Shown: positions 49,531 to 59,033 of the stretch, in pieces
Layout of the letters: every line of letters begins with the position of its first letter
Numbering within the stretch: the first letter of the stretch is position 1
Origin: Gammaproteobacteria bacterium
Lineage (GTDB): Bacteria > Pseudomonadota > Gammaproteobacteria > SZUA-152
Length of the DNA stretch: 64,000 bases
Assembly: GCA_050116575.1 (NCBI GenBank)
Contig: JASFOJ010000007.1
Span: forward strand, 18 to 64,017
Direction of reading: 5' to 3'
Made by a program: the position numbers and the translations under genes
The notes under the pieces: model-generated
What the model saw: the letters and a program-made list of their open reading frames with translations, nothing else
Database searches by the model: none
What the model was told of the DNA's origin: nothing

Positions 49531-50871
49531 ATGTTTACAAACGTTGCTGTACTATTGATTGGCTTAATCATCGCGTTGCCAATATTCGCCGCACCCGGCA
49601 CCAATAATAATTCCGATTCACACAGCTCTGAGTATCAGGTTATCGCATCCGATGGCACGGAACTCGCTTTGACACGCTATCCGGCGAAAGGGAACCAACT
49701 GATAGTATGGATTGCACCCGGATACGGTTTACAAACCCGTTCCTCAAAAATCGCCGAACAGCTGGCGATGGAAGCCATTGAGGTCTGGCAAATCGACCTG
49801 GCCGACGCCCTTTTTATGCCCCACAGTACGGAGCAGATGCGTTCGCTCACCGGCCAATACGTTGCCGATCTCATCGAAGCCGCATACCAGGAGACCGGCA
49901 AAAACATTTTTGTTTCCGCCCGCTCCTATGGCGCTATTCCGGTATTGCGTGGCGCGCGGGTTTGGCAAACCCGGGAACCGGCCGACAACTATTTAAAAGG
50001 CGCCATTTTATTTTCACCGGACCTTTATATCACCATACCCTCACTGGGACTGGAGCCGGAATACCTTCCCATCGCATCGGCAACCAATATTCCTATGATG
50101 ATCATTCAGGACGGCATAAGGGGTAATCGTTGGTACGTTAATCAATTAATTATGACGTTGATGAAGGGGGGCAGCCAGCCGTTATTGAAAATATTACCCG
50201 GTGTTTCCGCGTTGTTCTTTAACGAAGATGACGCTCCGCAAACGCTGCAGGCCCTGGCCAAGCTGCCTCAGGACATTAAAACAAGTATCCGTTTATTGGA
50301 AAAGTTCCCCGCTCCGACACAGCCGGCCAAAATGACCGGCCGGTTTGTTGCTCAAGGCAGTGGTATCGATAGCCGGTTAAAAGAATTTAAAGGCCAATTT
50401 CTGCCGCCACCGATAGACCTGCGAGACGTTTCCGGCAAACGCTACCATCGTCAAAATTATCTGGGACAGGTAACAGTAGTGAATTTCTGGGCCACGTGGT
50501 GTCCTCCGTGTGTTCAGGAAATCCCGTCACTCAATCGGCTACGAAAAAAAATGAAAAACACTCCGTTTGAACTTATATCCATAAATTACGCGGAGAGCCC
50601 GCAGACAATACGTCGTTTTTTGAAACAGGTGAATGTCGATTATCCGGTACTTCTGGATCACAGCGGAAAGATTTCAGTTGGTTGGAAGGTGGTCGCTTTC
50701 CCCTCTACGTTTATCATTGGCCCGGATGGAAAAATACACTACGGTATCAACGCAGCGATCCATTGGGACGCTCCGAACGTCATTGCCACTTTGAAAGCGC
50801 TCTATAGAAATCGTAAAGGACCAACCGGCAATTCTGCGCATACCAACCCCGGCCCCAGGCCCCATCCGTGA
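49531..50871 (+). CDS. exported fusion of an alpha/beta-hydrolase-like domain and a TlpA/ResA-like thioredoxin domain
   Basis: Signal peptide MFTNVAVLLIGLIIALPIFA. A serine elbow candidate VSARSYGA. C-terminal VNFWATWCPPCVQEIPSL (WCxxC). The start was moved to the internal ATG. Confidence 0.7.
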   Translation: MFTNVAVLLIGLIIALPIFAAPGTNNNSDSHSSEYQVIASDGTELALTRYPAKGNQLIVWIAPGYGLQTRSSKIAEQLAMEAIEVWQIDLADALFMPHSTEQMRSLTGQYVADLIEAAYQETGKNIFVSARSYGAIPVLRGARVWQTREPADNYLKGAILFSPDLYITIPSLGLEPEYLPIASATNIPMMIIQDGIRGNRWYVNQLIMTLMKGGSQPLLKILPGVSALFFNEDDAPQTLQALAKLPQDIKTSIRLLEKFPAPTQPAKMTGRFVAQGSGIDSRLKEFKGQFLPPPIDLRDVSGKRYHRQNYLGQVTVVNFWATWCPPCVQEIPSLNRLRKKMKNTPFELISINYAESPQTIRRFLKQVNVDYPVLLDHSGKISVGWKVVAFPSTFIIGPDGKIHYGINAAIHWDAPNVIATLKALYRNRKGPTGNSAHTNPGPRPHP

Positions 50872-50920
50872 GGGAAATACAATTATCCTCCAGCGAGTTT
50901 TAAAAAATTGCAGCGCAGAC

Positions 50921-51247
50921 CTAGGTATGTTCTATCATGCTAGCGGAATCGCCGCCCGCGGTATGCTCTTTTCTCTGATCCGGCCATTCGTCATAAGGAA
51001 ACGGCTTGGTATCACTGTTAAAGGTTAAATATCGCAATATCTGGTAAACATAAGTAGTCAGATTGTCACCAAACTCCAGCAAGCGAGTATTCTTTTCACC
51101 GGTAAACAATGTTAATAAAAACTGAAACAATACCACGGCTGCGACGACGATCTCCGCAATACTATAGATCACTGCAAAGATTAATATATGCAGTCCGCGC
51201 AGCCAGGTTTGCCGTGATTTGATATGCTGTTTAACTTCAGAGTTCAT
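50921..51247 (-). CDS. small 2-TM membrane protein (DUF4389-like)
   Basis: 108 aa. WLRGLHILIFAVIYSIAEIVVAAVVLFQFLLTLFTG is followed by an LTTYVYQILRYLTF pattern. The family assignment is from memory only. Confidence 0.5.
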   Translation of the reverse strand: MNSEVKQHIKSRQTWLRGLHILIFAVIYSIAEIVVAAVVLFQFLLTLFTGEKNTRLLEFGDNLTTYVYQILRYLTFNSDTKPFPYDEWPDQRKEHTAGGDSASMIEHT

Positions 51248-51612
51248 CGTTGCACTCCCCTATTCTGTACCAAAAAATAATTCACTCTACCCGTGTTTGC
51301 ATTCATTGAATTTTGCCTGTGGTCAGGCATCACGTAAAAAATAATGAGAAATGTCCGTGCCATCACGTCACCCCCACTCTTAATAATTCATACAATAATA
51401 CATATGGGCACTTGCGCCGATTTCCACCGCTAAACACCGCAAGTTCTTACTCGATACCGCCAAAACCAGCCTTCGATCGGTTTTATCCGCTTTAAATATT
51501 TAAATATATTTAGACTCAAATCAACGCGTTTGTTTCCTGAAATTATAACGTCCAAATCCCGTGGCATCGAAAATTTCGCGGCGATCCAGTTGATATGCCT
51601 ACAATATTTCAA

Positions 51613-51634
51613 AAATATGTCACTTGACATATTT
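51613..51634. promoter_or_regulatory. perfect 10-2-10 inverted repeat overlapping a TTGACA box
   Basis: AAATATGTCA-ct-TGACATATTT, lying 133-151 nt upstream of the candidate PIN-PhoH start codons (51767, 51785). It sits in an A+T-rich 520-bp gap. A TATAAT lies at 51663-51668. Confidence 0.3.
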
Positions 51635-51766
51635 TTTTCTTATGCTTTATCGATTTTAAAACTATAATAAAAATAATAAGGTAATAAAAATAATAGGTCC
51701 CGGAGCGTCATTTTCCTGTCGTGTAGTGATGCACCAATTCGGGTTAGCCAACGATGTCGATGTAAG

Positions 51767-53176
51767 ATGCGAAAGGCGGTGCCTATGAATCAAGAAATGC
51801 ATGTACAGCAAAAAGCATATGTTTTGGATACCAATGTTCTGATTCACGACCCAAATTCCATAGTCAGCTTTGAAGATAACCACGTCATTATCCCCATTAC
51901 CGTTCTGGAAGAACTTGACAACCTGAAAACCAGTAAAAGATCTTTTGGTGCCGATTGCCGCTCGGCAATACGGCTTATCGATAGCCTGTTGGAAAACGCA
52001 ACCCCGGAAGCCATTGCCCAAGGTGTTCCGATAAAACGTAACAACGGTAACGGGTCATCCGGAAAATTATCAGTCCTTATGGTGACGCAGCGCAATCGGC
52101 GCCGCGAACCCTGCCTGCCCAACGACCTAAACGATAATCAAATCATCAACCAGCTGTGTGAGTACCAGGAGCAGAATCCTCATACCAGAGTGGTACTGGT
52201 CACAAAAGATATCAATATGCGCCTTAAGGCCCGTAGCTGTGGCATCGAGTCGGAAGACTATCATAACGACCAACTTGTATCAGATATTAAACAGTTAACC
52301 AAAGGCTTTATCGATATTGAGGGATCATTTTGGAATAACATTGACAATGTCGAGACCAAGCAGATAAACGGTTATACCTATCACGTCATGTCCCGTGGCA
52401 GCCTTGACTTTGAAGTGTTTGCAAACCAGTTCATTGTGGACGAGGAAGGATTCATCGGCCGCGTTCAACACGTCGATGAGCATCAGGTTACAATATGGGA
52501 TTTTCGGCGTGAAAAGCTGTTGGAACAAAAAGTCTGGGGCCTGAAACCGCGCAACCTGTACCAGGCGTTGGCCCTGAACGTGTTACTTGACCCAAATGTA
52601 CACTTGGTGACACTGACTGGTGCAGCAGGCTCCGGCAAAACTATACTGGCACTTGCTGCTGCACTGGAAATGACCATGGAAGACCAGTTATACAACAAAA
52701 TCATTGTCACCCGCAGCACACCACCGCTCGCCGAAGAACACGGTTTTCTGCCGGGCACCGAAGAAGAAAAAATGGACCCCTGGCTGGGCGGGATCAGTGA
52801 TAACCTTGAGGCTTTGCATGTGCGTGACGAAAGTCCCCAGCAAAGCATTGCTTACATCCGGTCCAAGGCAAACATAGAATTCAAGGCATTGAACTATATT
52901 CGTGGTCGGAGTTTCCAAAAAAGCCTGATCATTATCGACGAATGCCAGAACCTGACGCCCTATCAAATGAAAGCCATTCTGACGCGGGCCGGTGAAGGCA
53001 GCAAAGTAATCTGTTTAGGCAATCTTGCCCAGATCGATACGCCCTACTTAACACCGACCAGTTCAGGACTCACCTATATGACTGAGCGTTTCAAGGGATT
53101 TTCCCATGGCGCCAGTGTCCAGCTGAACGGCGTACCCCGCTCGTTGCTGGCGGAGTTTGCTGAATCCAATTTGTAG
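51767..53176 (+). CDS. PhoH-like ATPase with N-terminal PIN domain (PhoH2/YlaK type)
   Basis: 469 aa. PIN acidic motifs (YVLDTNVLIHDP, TVLEELD, TKDINMR), Walker A (LTGAAGSGKT) and Walker B (IIIDECQN). The ATG at 51785 is an alternative start. Confidence 0.85.
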   Translation: MRKAVPMNQEMHVQQKAYVLDTNVLIHDPNSIVSFEDNHVIIPITVLEELDNLKTSKRSFGADCRSAIRLIDSLLENATPEAIAQGVPIKRNNGNGSSGKLSVLMVTQRNRRREPCLPNDLNDNQIINQLCEYQEQNPHTRVVLVTKDINMRLKARSCGIESEDYHNDQLVSDIKQLTKGFIDIEGSFWNNIDNVETKQINGYTYHVMSRGSLDFEVFANQFIVDEEGFIGRVQHVDEHQVTIWDFRREKLLEQKVWGLKPRNLYQALALNVLLDPNVHLVTLTGAAGSGKTILALAAALEMTMEDQLYNKIIVTRSTPPLAEEHGFLPGTEEEKMDPWLGGISDNLEALHVRDESPQQSIAYIRSKANIEFKALNYIRGRSFQKSLIIIDECQNLTPYQMKAILTRAGEGSKVICLGNLAQIDTPYLTPTSSGLTYMTERFKGFSHGASVQLNGVPRSLLAEFAESNL

Positions 53177-53321
53177 ATGCAGTCCTTAAGACAGCGATAT
53201 AGCCCGGTACCCATGATTAAAATCCAGCGAACACATACACTGAAGGGGGAATCGTTACAAAGGTTATAGCACTGTTCATTGGCGGCCCAGTTTTCAATGG
53301 CCGCCCGCCGAAGCACTACTA

Positions 53322-54020
53322 TTATTCGGCATCACCGAACATCTTGCGCCCATAGATACCGGCGTAGCAATTAATGGCGGCGTGTAACATCATGGGAGCC
53401 AGCAGCGAACCGGAATAGACATACAACAACGCCAGCAATAAACCGATGGGGAAGATAACGATCGTTGCTTTCGCCCCCTGATAGGCATGCGCGATCGCAA
53501 ACAATAAACTCGAAAATAAAACCGAAAACGTCATGTTGCCGAACTGGTTGAGATACCAGATCAGGTAGCCGCGAAATAATATTTCCTCGGCGACACCCGC
53601 TGTCACCGACAACGCAATAAACAACCGCAATTCGGCCAGGGTGTGAGGTAACAACTCGGGCACAAACGCCCATTGATATTGCTTCTCCAGTTGCATGATC
53701 GCGCGATAGAACACAATCGCCACCAAAATTACCACCAAGACGACACCTACCGAAACAATCGCGGTTACCCCCGTCAAGGGCGCCAACCCCAGCTGCGCAA
53801 AGGGGCGCTTGAAATATCCCCACGCACCTGCTGCCGTGAAGGTCAGTCCCCACAATGCAACCATATTCCCGAGATAGACGCCGCGCCTCACTGCCTCAGG
53901 ATCCTGCGAAACCATTTCTATAAACTTGGGATAGTTGCGCCAGCCATGATAGGGCAGTACAACGGCAAACACGAAAACCAACGCGTGATCAAACCATGAC
54001 ATGAAGTGACAACCATTCAT
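53322..54020 (-). CDS. CPBP (CAAX/Abi) family intramembrane glutamic endopeptidase
   Basis: 232 aa and polytopic. Contains EEILFRGYL, FAIAHAY and HAAIN, the three CPBP motifs. The ATG at 54002 is an alternative start. Confidence 0.8.
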   Translation of the reverse strand: MNGCHFMSWFDHALVFVFAVVLPYHGWRNYPKFIEMVSQDPEAVRRGVYLGNMVALWGLTFTAAGAWGYFKRPFAQLGLAPLTGVTAIVSVGVVLVVILVAIVFYRAIMQLEKQYQWAFVPELLPHTLAELRLFIALSVTAGVAEEILFRGYLIWYLNQFGNMTFSVLFSSLLFAIAHAYQGAKATIVIFPIGLLLALLYVYSGSLLAPMMLHAAINCYAGIYGRKMFGDAE

Positions 54021-54325
54021 GTTCAGGATGGGCCCAATGCCGACGATAGCTATATAGCATAGTCATAGCAGGCGATGATAGCAGATATTAACAAGATTGT
54101 TACAGTAATTTGCTAGCATCGGTACGCGACATGTGCAGCAAAGGCGCTCCTGTTATGTCGTGCCGATGATTGCCTGGGTCTTTGGTGTGCTTGAAACCCA
54201 CTCATGACCGCTCATTGATAAACCAACACTAAATGGTTCATCGCGATGTTGACTCTCAGGTGGATACAGAAGGGACGTTGAATAACTACGTAGTAGCTTT
54301 TTATAAGTGATACCCAACAGGTGAT

Positions 54326-55477
54326 TTAGTGGTTTTCGGCATCTGCCATTGCTTTTTTCATGGCAGCAATTTCCTGAATTAAACCCGGTGGAATTTTTTC
54401 GCCCTGACGTTGATAGGTAAAATTAATATAATTTTTATATTCGTTAAAACATCGCCGGGCGTAAGGATGCCCGGGATAATTAAGAACACACTGCCGTAAA
54501 TAAAGGTCTGCGAGGGAGAAATAGAAATTGTATACAATGGCACGATCCGTTACCGCTAACCAATAAAGCACGATGGGCACCTCGTTGGCATCGGGATGGC
54601 GGTTCAAGTAGTGGTAAAGTTGCCCGCGTAACCAGATTCGTTCCACTTCTTCGCTCGGTGTTGATTGAATGTCCAGCGACAACTGGCCCGGATCACCCAG
54701 ATATTTTTTCACAAAATCTTTAAGCGTGTTAAATGAGGACTTACCCAATCGACTTACCCCCACTTTCTGCAAAGCTTGCAGGCCTTCGATCCACCCGTTG
54801 AGTTCAGTCCGCGTTAAATCGGTATGCTGTTTCAACGAAGAATATTTATTCAGTATTTTTATGGCCTTGGCTGGGTTGTTTTTTATCTGGAGGCAAATGG
54901 TCATCATTCGCTGCAAGGGTTGAATAATGTCCAGTTCAGTCTTGCGTTGTGGCGAGTCAAGATACTTTTCGTAATAGCTTAGCGCTTTGTCATAGTCACG
55001 GGTCATATAGTTCAACTCGGCAAACGCGAAGTCACTGTCAAATTCCTCGCGTGTCGCACCATGAAACAACGTTCGCAACGTCATATCCTGCGTGTGGCAT
55101 GAACTGCATATTTCGCCAAGGGCGTTCAAATAGCTGCGGGTATAGTCAATATCCGTTGTCTTCACAACGGTTTTTAGCACCTGTAGATACTGGGAGATGA
55201 ATTCGTAGGATATTTGATAGGTATCTGAGCGGGCGGTGATGTACGGTTGTGCTTGTTGAAACTTTTGCGACAATTTTGTTAGTGCCTGGTCGATGTACCG
55301 GGTGTCCTTCTTCGTTAATTCCCGCTTCGCCACCAGTAACGGATAAAGTTTAACAGTGATTTGCCCTATATCCGTCATGATATAATTTAAAGATGTTGCC
55401 TTGCCCGCTTCAGCGGCGTACAGGGAATTTGCAAGTAACGTGAACGTCAAACAGATTGTTATAATGATATTTTTCAT
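54326..55477 (-). CDS. secreted helical protein with a single CxxCH haem-c motif (class II cytochrome-like N-domain)
   Basis: 383 aa. Signal peptide ending LYAAEA. CSSCH lies at residues 124-128 (nt 55094-55108), at the end of a ~100-aa helical segment. The remainder is helical/TPR-like. Confidence 0.6.
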   Translation of the reverse strand: MKNIIITICLTFTLLANSLYAAEAGKATSLNYIMTDIGQITVKLYPLLVAKRELTKKDTRYIDQALTKLSQKFQQAQPYITARSDTYQISYEFISQYLQVLKTVVKTTDIDYTRSYLNALGEICSSCHTQDMTLRTLFHGATREEFDSDFAFAELNYMTRDYDKALSYYEKYLDSPQRKTELDIIQPLQRMMTICLQIKNNPAKAIKILNKYSSLKQHTDLTRTELNGWIEGLQALQKVGVSRLGKSSFNTLKDFVKKYLGDPGQLSLDIQSTPSEEVERIWLRGQLYHYLNRHPDANEVPIVLYWLAVTDRAIVYNFYFSLADLYLRQCVLNYPGHPYARRCFNEYKNYINFTYQRQGEKIPPGLIQEIAAMKKAMADAENH

Positions 55478-55907
55478 TTGCTAAACAATGGCTACCGGCT
55501 ATTAGTTATTAATGGTCATGGTAATGGTAATGGTTAAACCTATTTATCCGGCGGTGGCCTCAACCGCGGGCTCGAGCAATCCAATCTCCATCATATTGAT
55601 CTGCTCCTACTGGTGTCGACAATTTTTCGTTTTGCTTGAAGCTGGTCACAGCACGTGCCGACCGGCCAGACGGTAAAATCCGGGCTCGCTGGCTTTTTAA
55701 GCTTCTTTAAACGTCTCCCCCGGACTGTCTTCATTGGTTGCCTTTTACTCTCTCGCTCTCAGGTACTGGCGGCATTAGTACTTTATACATTGGCGTATTC
55801 ACCGTATTGAACGCTTGAAAATCAAGGAAATGCGAATAACCCGGCATTTTTAGCCCTTTAGTATTCCGGCCGGCAATCGATACAGAAGGTTAAACGAGTA
55901 TAGGATC

Positions 55908-58619
55908 ATGGAACCGGCCTGGGAAAATAACTTACTGATTTTATTAATTTTTGCGGCAGCCGCCGTAGTGGCGGTTATTGTCCGCGAGGTCACCCTGTTA
56001 CTGGGGTACCGGATCCAGCACCCGAAATTTCAACTCAAAAAAGGCGACGATTTACCTCCCTACCTGAAAAAACTCTACGCCGATGCGGTACAACAACTGA
56101 CACCGTTGGGTTTCAAGGTCCAGCATTGCCAGTTATCCCAGGATATCTTAGTCCAGGGACCGGCACAAAAATGGAGCCTGATACTGGTGCATCCCGACAC
56201 ACGCGTATTCGCCGAAATTTCACCAGCCTCCACCTCCCTTGACATGCCGGGCTATGAAGTCAATTTCTGGAGTATTGCGCCCGATGGCAATGCCTTATTA
56301 ACCATGAACGGTCGCGGCCATACCGTGATGGCGGAAATACCCGGTGTTACGGTGCATGATCCCATGATCCAATCTTTGCACCAGCAGTACGATATTCACC
56401 TGGAAGAACGCCGCGAATGGAGTTCCACCACCAACTACCAAATGCTGAATCCTGCGGCATACATTGCGTCACAACAAAAGCTGATGGATGGATACTTCGC
56501 TAATCTCGAACACGAACATGCCATCCGGAAAAAAAGTGAAACCCATTTTCGTTTATCCCTGCTCAAATGCTTAAAAATGGCATGTCCCTATTTCAAGGGT
56601 GAACGACAGGCAAGAAAGCTGCTGCAAGCACGCTTCAAGGCAAAACTGAAAAACAAGCTGCAGGGAACCGCCTCCAAAGCCCTCTCGTCGTCAGCATATC
56701 CCGTGGAAACCGATGTTCTGGCCTATAAGCGACTAAGCACGGTCCAACAACGACACCTGGCAAACCTTTTTCCCCGCTTTATGCTGGTCGGAGCGACCTG
56801 GTTTATCATTTATTTTGTACTAGGGCTCCAGTTTTCCCATAACTCACTCCTGATATTACTGGGCGTTATTCTGCTCCATGAACTGGGCCATATCCTGGCC
56901 ATGCTAATATTTCGCTACCGGGACATGCAAATATTATCGGTTCCACTATTCGGCTGGGCCGATCCCGCGGGAAAACGTTCCACCAAAGGTGTTGCCAAAT
57001 GGAAACAGGTCATCGTCTACCTGATGGGCCCCGTACCCGGCATCGTGATCGGCCTGGCTATGATAGTCGTCAATAAAAATATCCAGTTCCCTCTCATGTA
57101 CGAAGCAGCAGCCGTTTTGGTTTTGTTCAACTATTTGCATATGTTGCCATTCATGTCGCTGGATGGCGGGCGCATTATGCGACTGGTGGCAATGGAGCGG
57201 TTTCCCTTCAGTAAGTTGCTGTTTCCACTGGCAAGCGGCGGCCTGTTCGCCGCCGGCGGCTATTATCTTGGTGAACCGGTGTTCTGGGCGCTATGCATGA
57301 TTATTATCGCCAGCATTCCGTTTGGCGTCAGACAAAGCGCTGTGCTGCGCGCAGTGCACAAAGTTATGAAGGACCAGCGCAAAAAAGATCCCAATGCCAG
57401 GGATTTCCACTCACTTGATACCAACAACAAGCTGGCCCGCATATTTCTGGCTCTGAAACGGCCGAGATTCCGTAAATTGAATTTCCTGTTGAAATATCAA
57501 CTGGTACAGGCGTTGGATGGTATCGTTCATCAGCCGCAAAAAAGCAGCGGGGCAACATCACTAGTATTACTGGGTGTTTACCTGGCCGCCCTGGTACTAA
57601 CACCCCAGGCGATATTGGTAACCGCGCAGCAAAACGGCCAGACACCTGAATTACAATCAACGTATTGGGGCCAAAAAGCAAAAACCGACCTGGAAAGCAG
57701 GATTTCCCGGGCCGCGACACCCCAACAACGTTTCACGTTACTGATCAACGCCGCCGATAATGCTATGGTAAACGGACAATTTTCCAAAGCCGCAGGCTAT
57801 CTCAAACGCGCCGGATCTACCCAGCGGCATATAAACAATGACAGCACCTTGGCCCACCTCTCATTCAGCTATGCCGGGTTTCACCTGCAGAATAACCAAC
57901 TGGATGATGCAGTCAGGTATCAGCAAAAAGCCATTGCGCTCTACGAAAAAAAACCCAAGGCACATTATTTTCAATTGGCCAAAAGTTACGAGCAGTTGTC
58001 CGAGATTCAGTTGAAGCAGCAACAAAACTACGACTCAGAAGCCAGTTTGCAGAAAGCCTTGTCGTTCGCTATTAAAACCCGAAAACCTGAGCAATGGTAT
58101 ATGATCACCAAACTCTCCGGCCGGTTGCTGGACTGGTATTACCTGGAAGAACGCCAGGGCGACGCAAACCGCCTGCTAAACAGTCTGATGAGTCGCTTTA
58201 AGCAAAATGAAACGCCGCTAAAAGACTATGTGGCAAGATTTGTCTACGAAGAAATGGGCTGGCTGCACGCCGCTGCTAACGATGAAAAAGCCGCCATGGA
58301 CAAATTTGACAAGGCGCTGGCGCTCAGCGAAAAATACGCATCACAGCAGAAAAACAAACAGTCAGACGGCCGTGAGACAACAAAACTGCTTCTGGCCAAA
58401 GCCGCTGTCTACTACAAGGAAGGTTATAATGATTTTTCACGAATCCAGTTCAGCAATGCCGAAGATGCCGCCAGGGAGAGTTCCTTTGTTTCCCTGGAAC
58501 AATACATTGATAAATATGCTCCCAAGAACCTTTCCGTTGAATTAAAGAACGACTATCACCGCGAAGCCAAACGCTGGAAACTGATTACCGACGCCTACCG
58601 AAAAACACACTCTTCATAA
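55908..58619 (+). CDS. large membrane site-2-protease (M50) family protein with C-terminal TPR-like domain, paralog 1
   Basis: 903 aa. HELGH at residues 324-328 (nt 56877-56891) lies in a TM helix. The S2P motif NYLHMLPFMSLDGG is present. The C-terminal ~330 aa are helical repeats. It aligns end-to-end with 59034-61781. Confidence 0.8.
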   Translation: MEPAWENNLLILLIFAAAAVVAVIVREVTLLLGYRIQHPKFQLKKGDDLPPYLKKLYADAVQQLTPLGFKVQHCQLSQDILVQGPAQKWSLILVHPDTRVFAEISPASTSLDMPGYEVNFWSIAPDGNALLTMNGRGHTVMAEIPGVTVHDPMIQSLHQQYDIHLEERREWSSTTNYQMLNPAAYIASQQKLMDGYFANLEHEHAIRKKSETHFRLSLLKCLKMACPYFKGERQARKLLQARFKAKLKNKLQGTASKALSSSAYPVETDVLAYKRLSTVQQRHLANLFPRFMLVGATWFIIYFVLGLQFSHNSLLILLGVILLHELGHILAMLIFRYRDMQILSVPLFGWADPAGKRSTKGVAKWKQVIVYLMGPVPGIVIGLAMIVVNKNIQFPLMYEAAAVLVLFNYLHMLPFMSLDGGRIMRLVAMERFPFSKLLFPLASGGLFAAGGYYLGEPVFWALCMIIIASIPFGVRQSAVLRAVHKVMKDQRKKDPNARDFHSLDTNNKLARIFLALKRPRFRKLNFLLKYQLVQALDGIVHQPQKSSGATSLVLLGVYLAALVLTPQAILVTAQQNGQTPELQSTYWGQKAKTDLESRISRAATPQQRFTLLINAADNAMVNGQFSKAAGYLKRAGSTQRHINNDSTLAHLSFSYAGFHLQNNQLDDAVRYQQKAIALYEKKPKAHYFQLAKSYEQLSEIQLKQQQNYDSEASLQKALSFAIKTRKPEQWYMITKLSGRLLDWYYLEERQGDANRLLNSLMSRFKQNETPLKDYVARFVYEEMGWLHAAANDEKAAMDKFDKALALSEKYASQQKNKQSDGRETTKLLLAKAAVYYKEGYNDFSRIQFSNAEDAARESSFVSLEQYIDKYAPKNLSVELKNDYHREAKRWKLITDAYRKTHSS

Positions 58620-58809
58620 AACATACTCTGCATAAAGTACACTCCGCTCGGTCGTCATTCCGTCAGGCAACTCGCCGTTGCTACCGACGTGCCCCAAATA
58701 ACCGCAGCCAATGCCATGAATCATGCCGCATACGGCCGGCGCCCGGATTACCGCGCCCCGATACAGCCAATTCTTTTTAACCTTTTGATTTATATAACAA
58801 TTTGAATAA

Positions 58810-58838
58810 TTGCAGCGTCAAGCAAACGCTAGTATGAT
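58810..58838 (+). promoter_or_regulatory. possible sigma70 promoter for paralog 2
   Basis: TTGCAG, a 17-nt spacer, then TATGAT. It lies about 195 nt upstream of the ATG at 59034, inside the 414-bp gap between the paralogs. Confidence 0.3.
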
Positions 58839-59033
58839 TTTTATACTACCATTGTAATGGTTACCGCATGCGCCAGGTGCGCCATCTTCCAATATGCCTG
58901 TCCATAATTTCACAAAACCTGTCCGTTCCAATATGATTTATAAATTACATGGCGTACTACAAACGCCGGCAAGCAGGCCGATTGTAAATATGGGATACTA
59001 TTTTCGACATACGGCACTGCGGTAACGACTTTT

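Noticed and set aside
55520-55550. Short tandem GGTAAT repeats (TAATGGTCATGGTAATGGTAATGGTTAA), and the ATAGC-rich stretch at 54040-54090, considered as CRISPR-like or iteron arrays
   Set aside because: There are only three short, imperfect units with no spacers and no cas or rep genes. This is consistent with chance low-complexity sequence in A+T-rich spacers.
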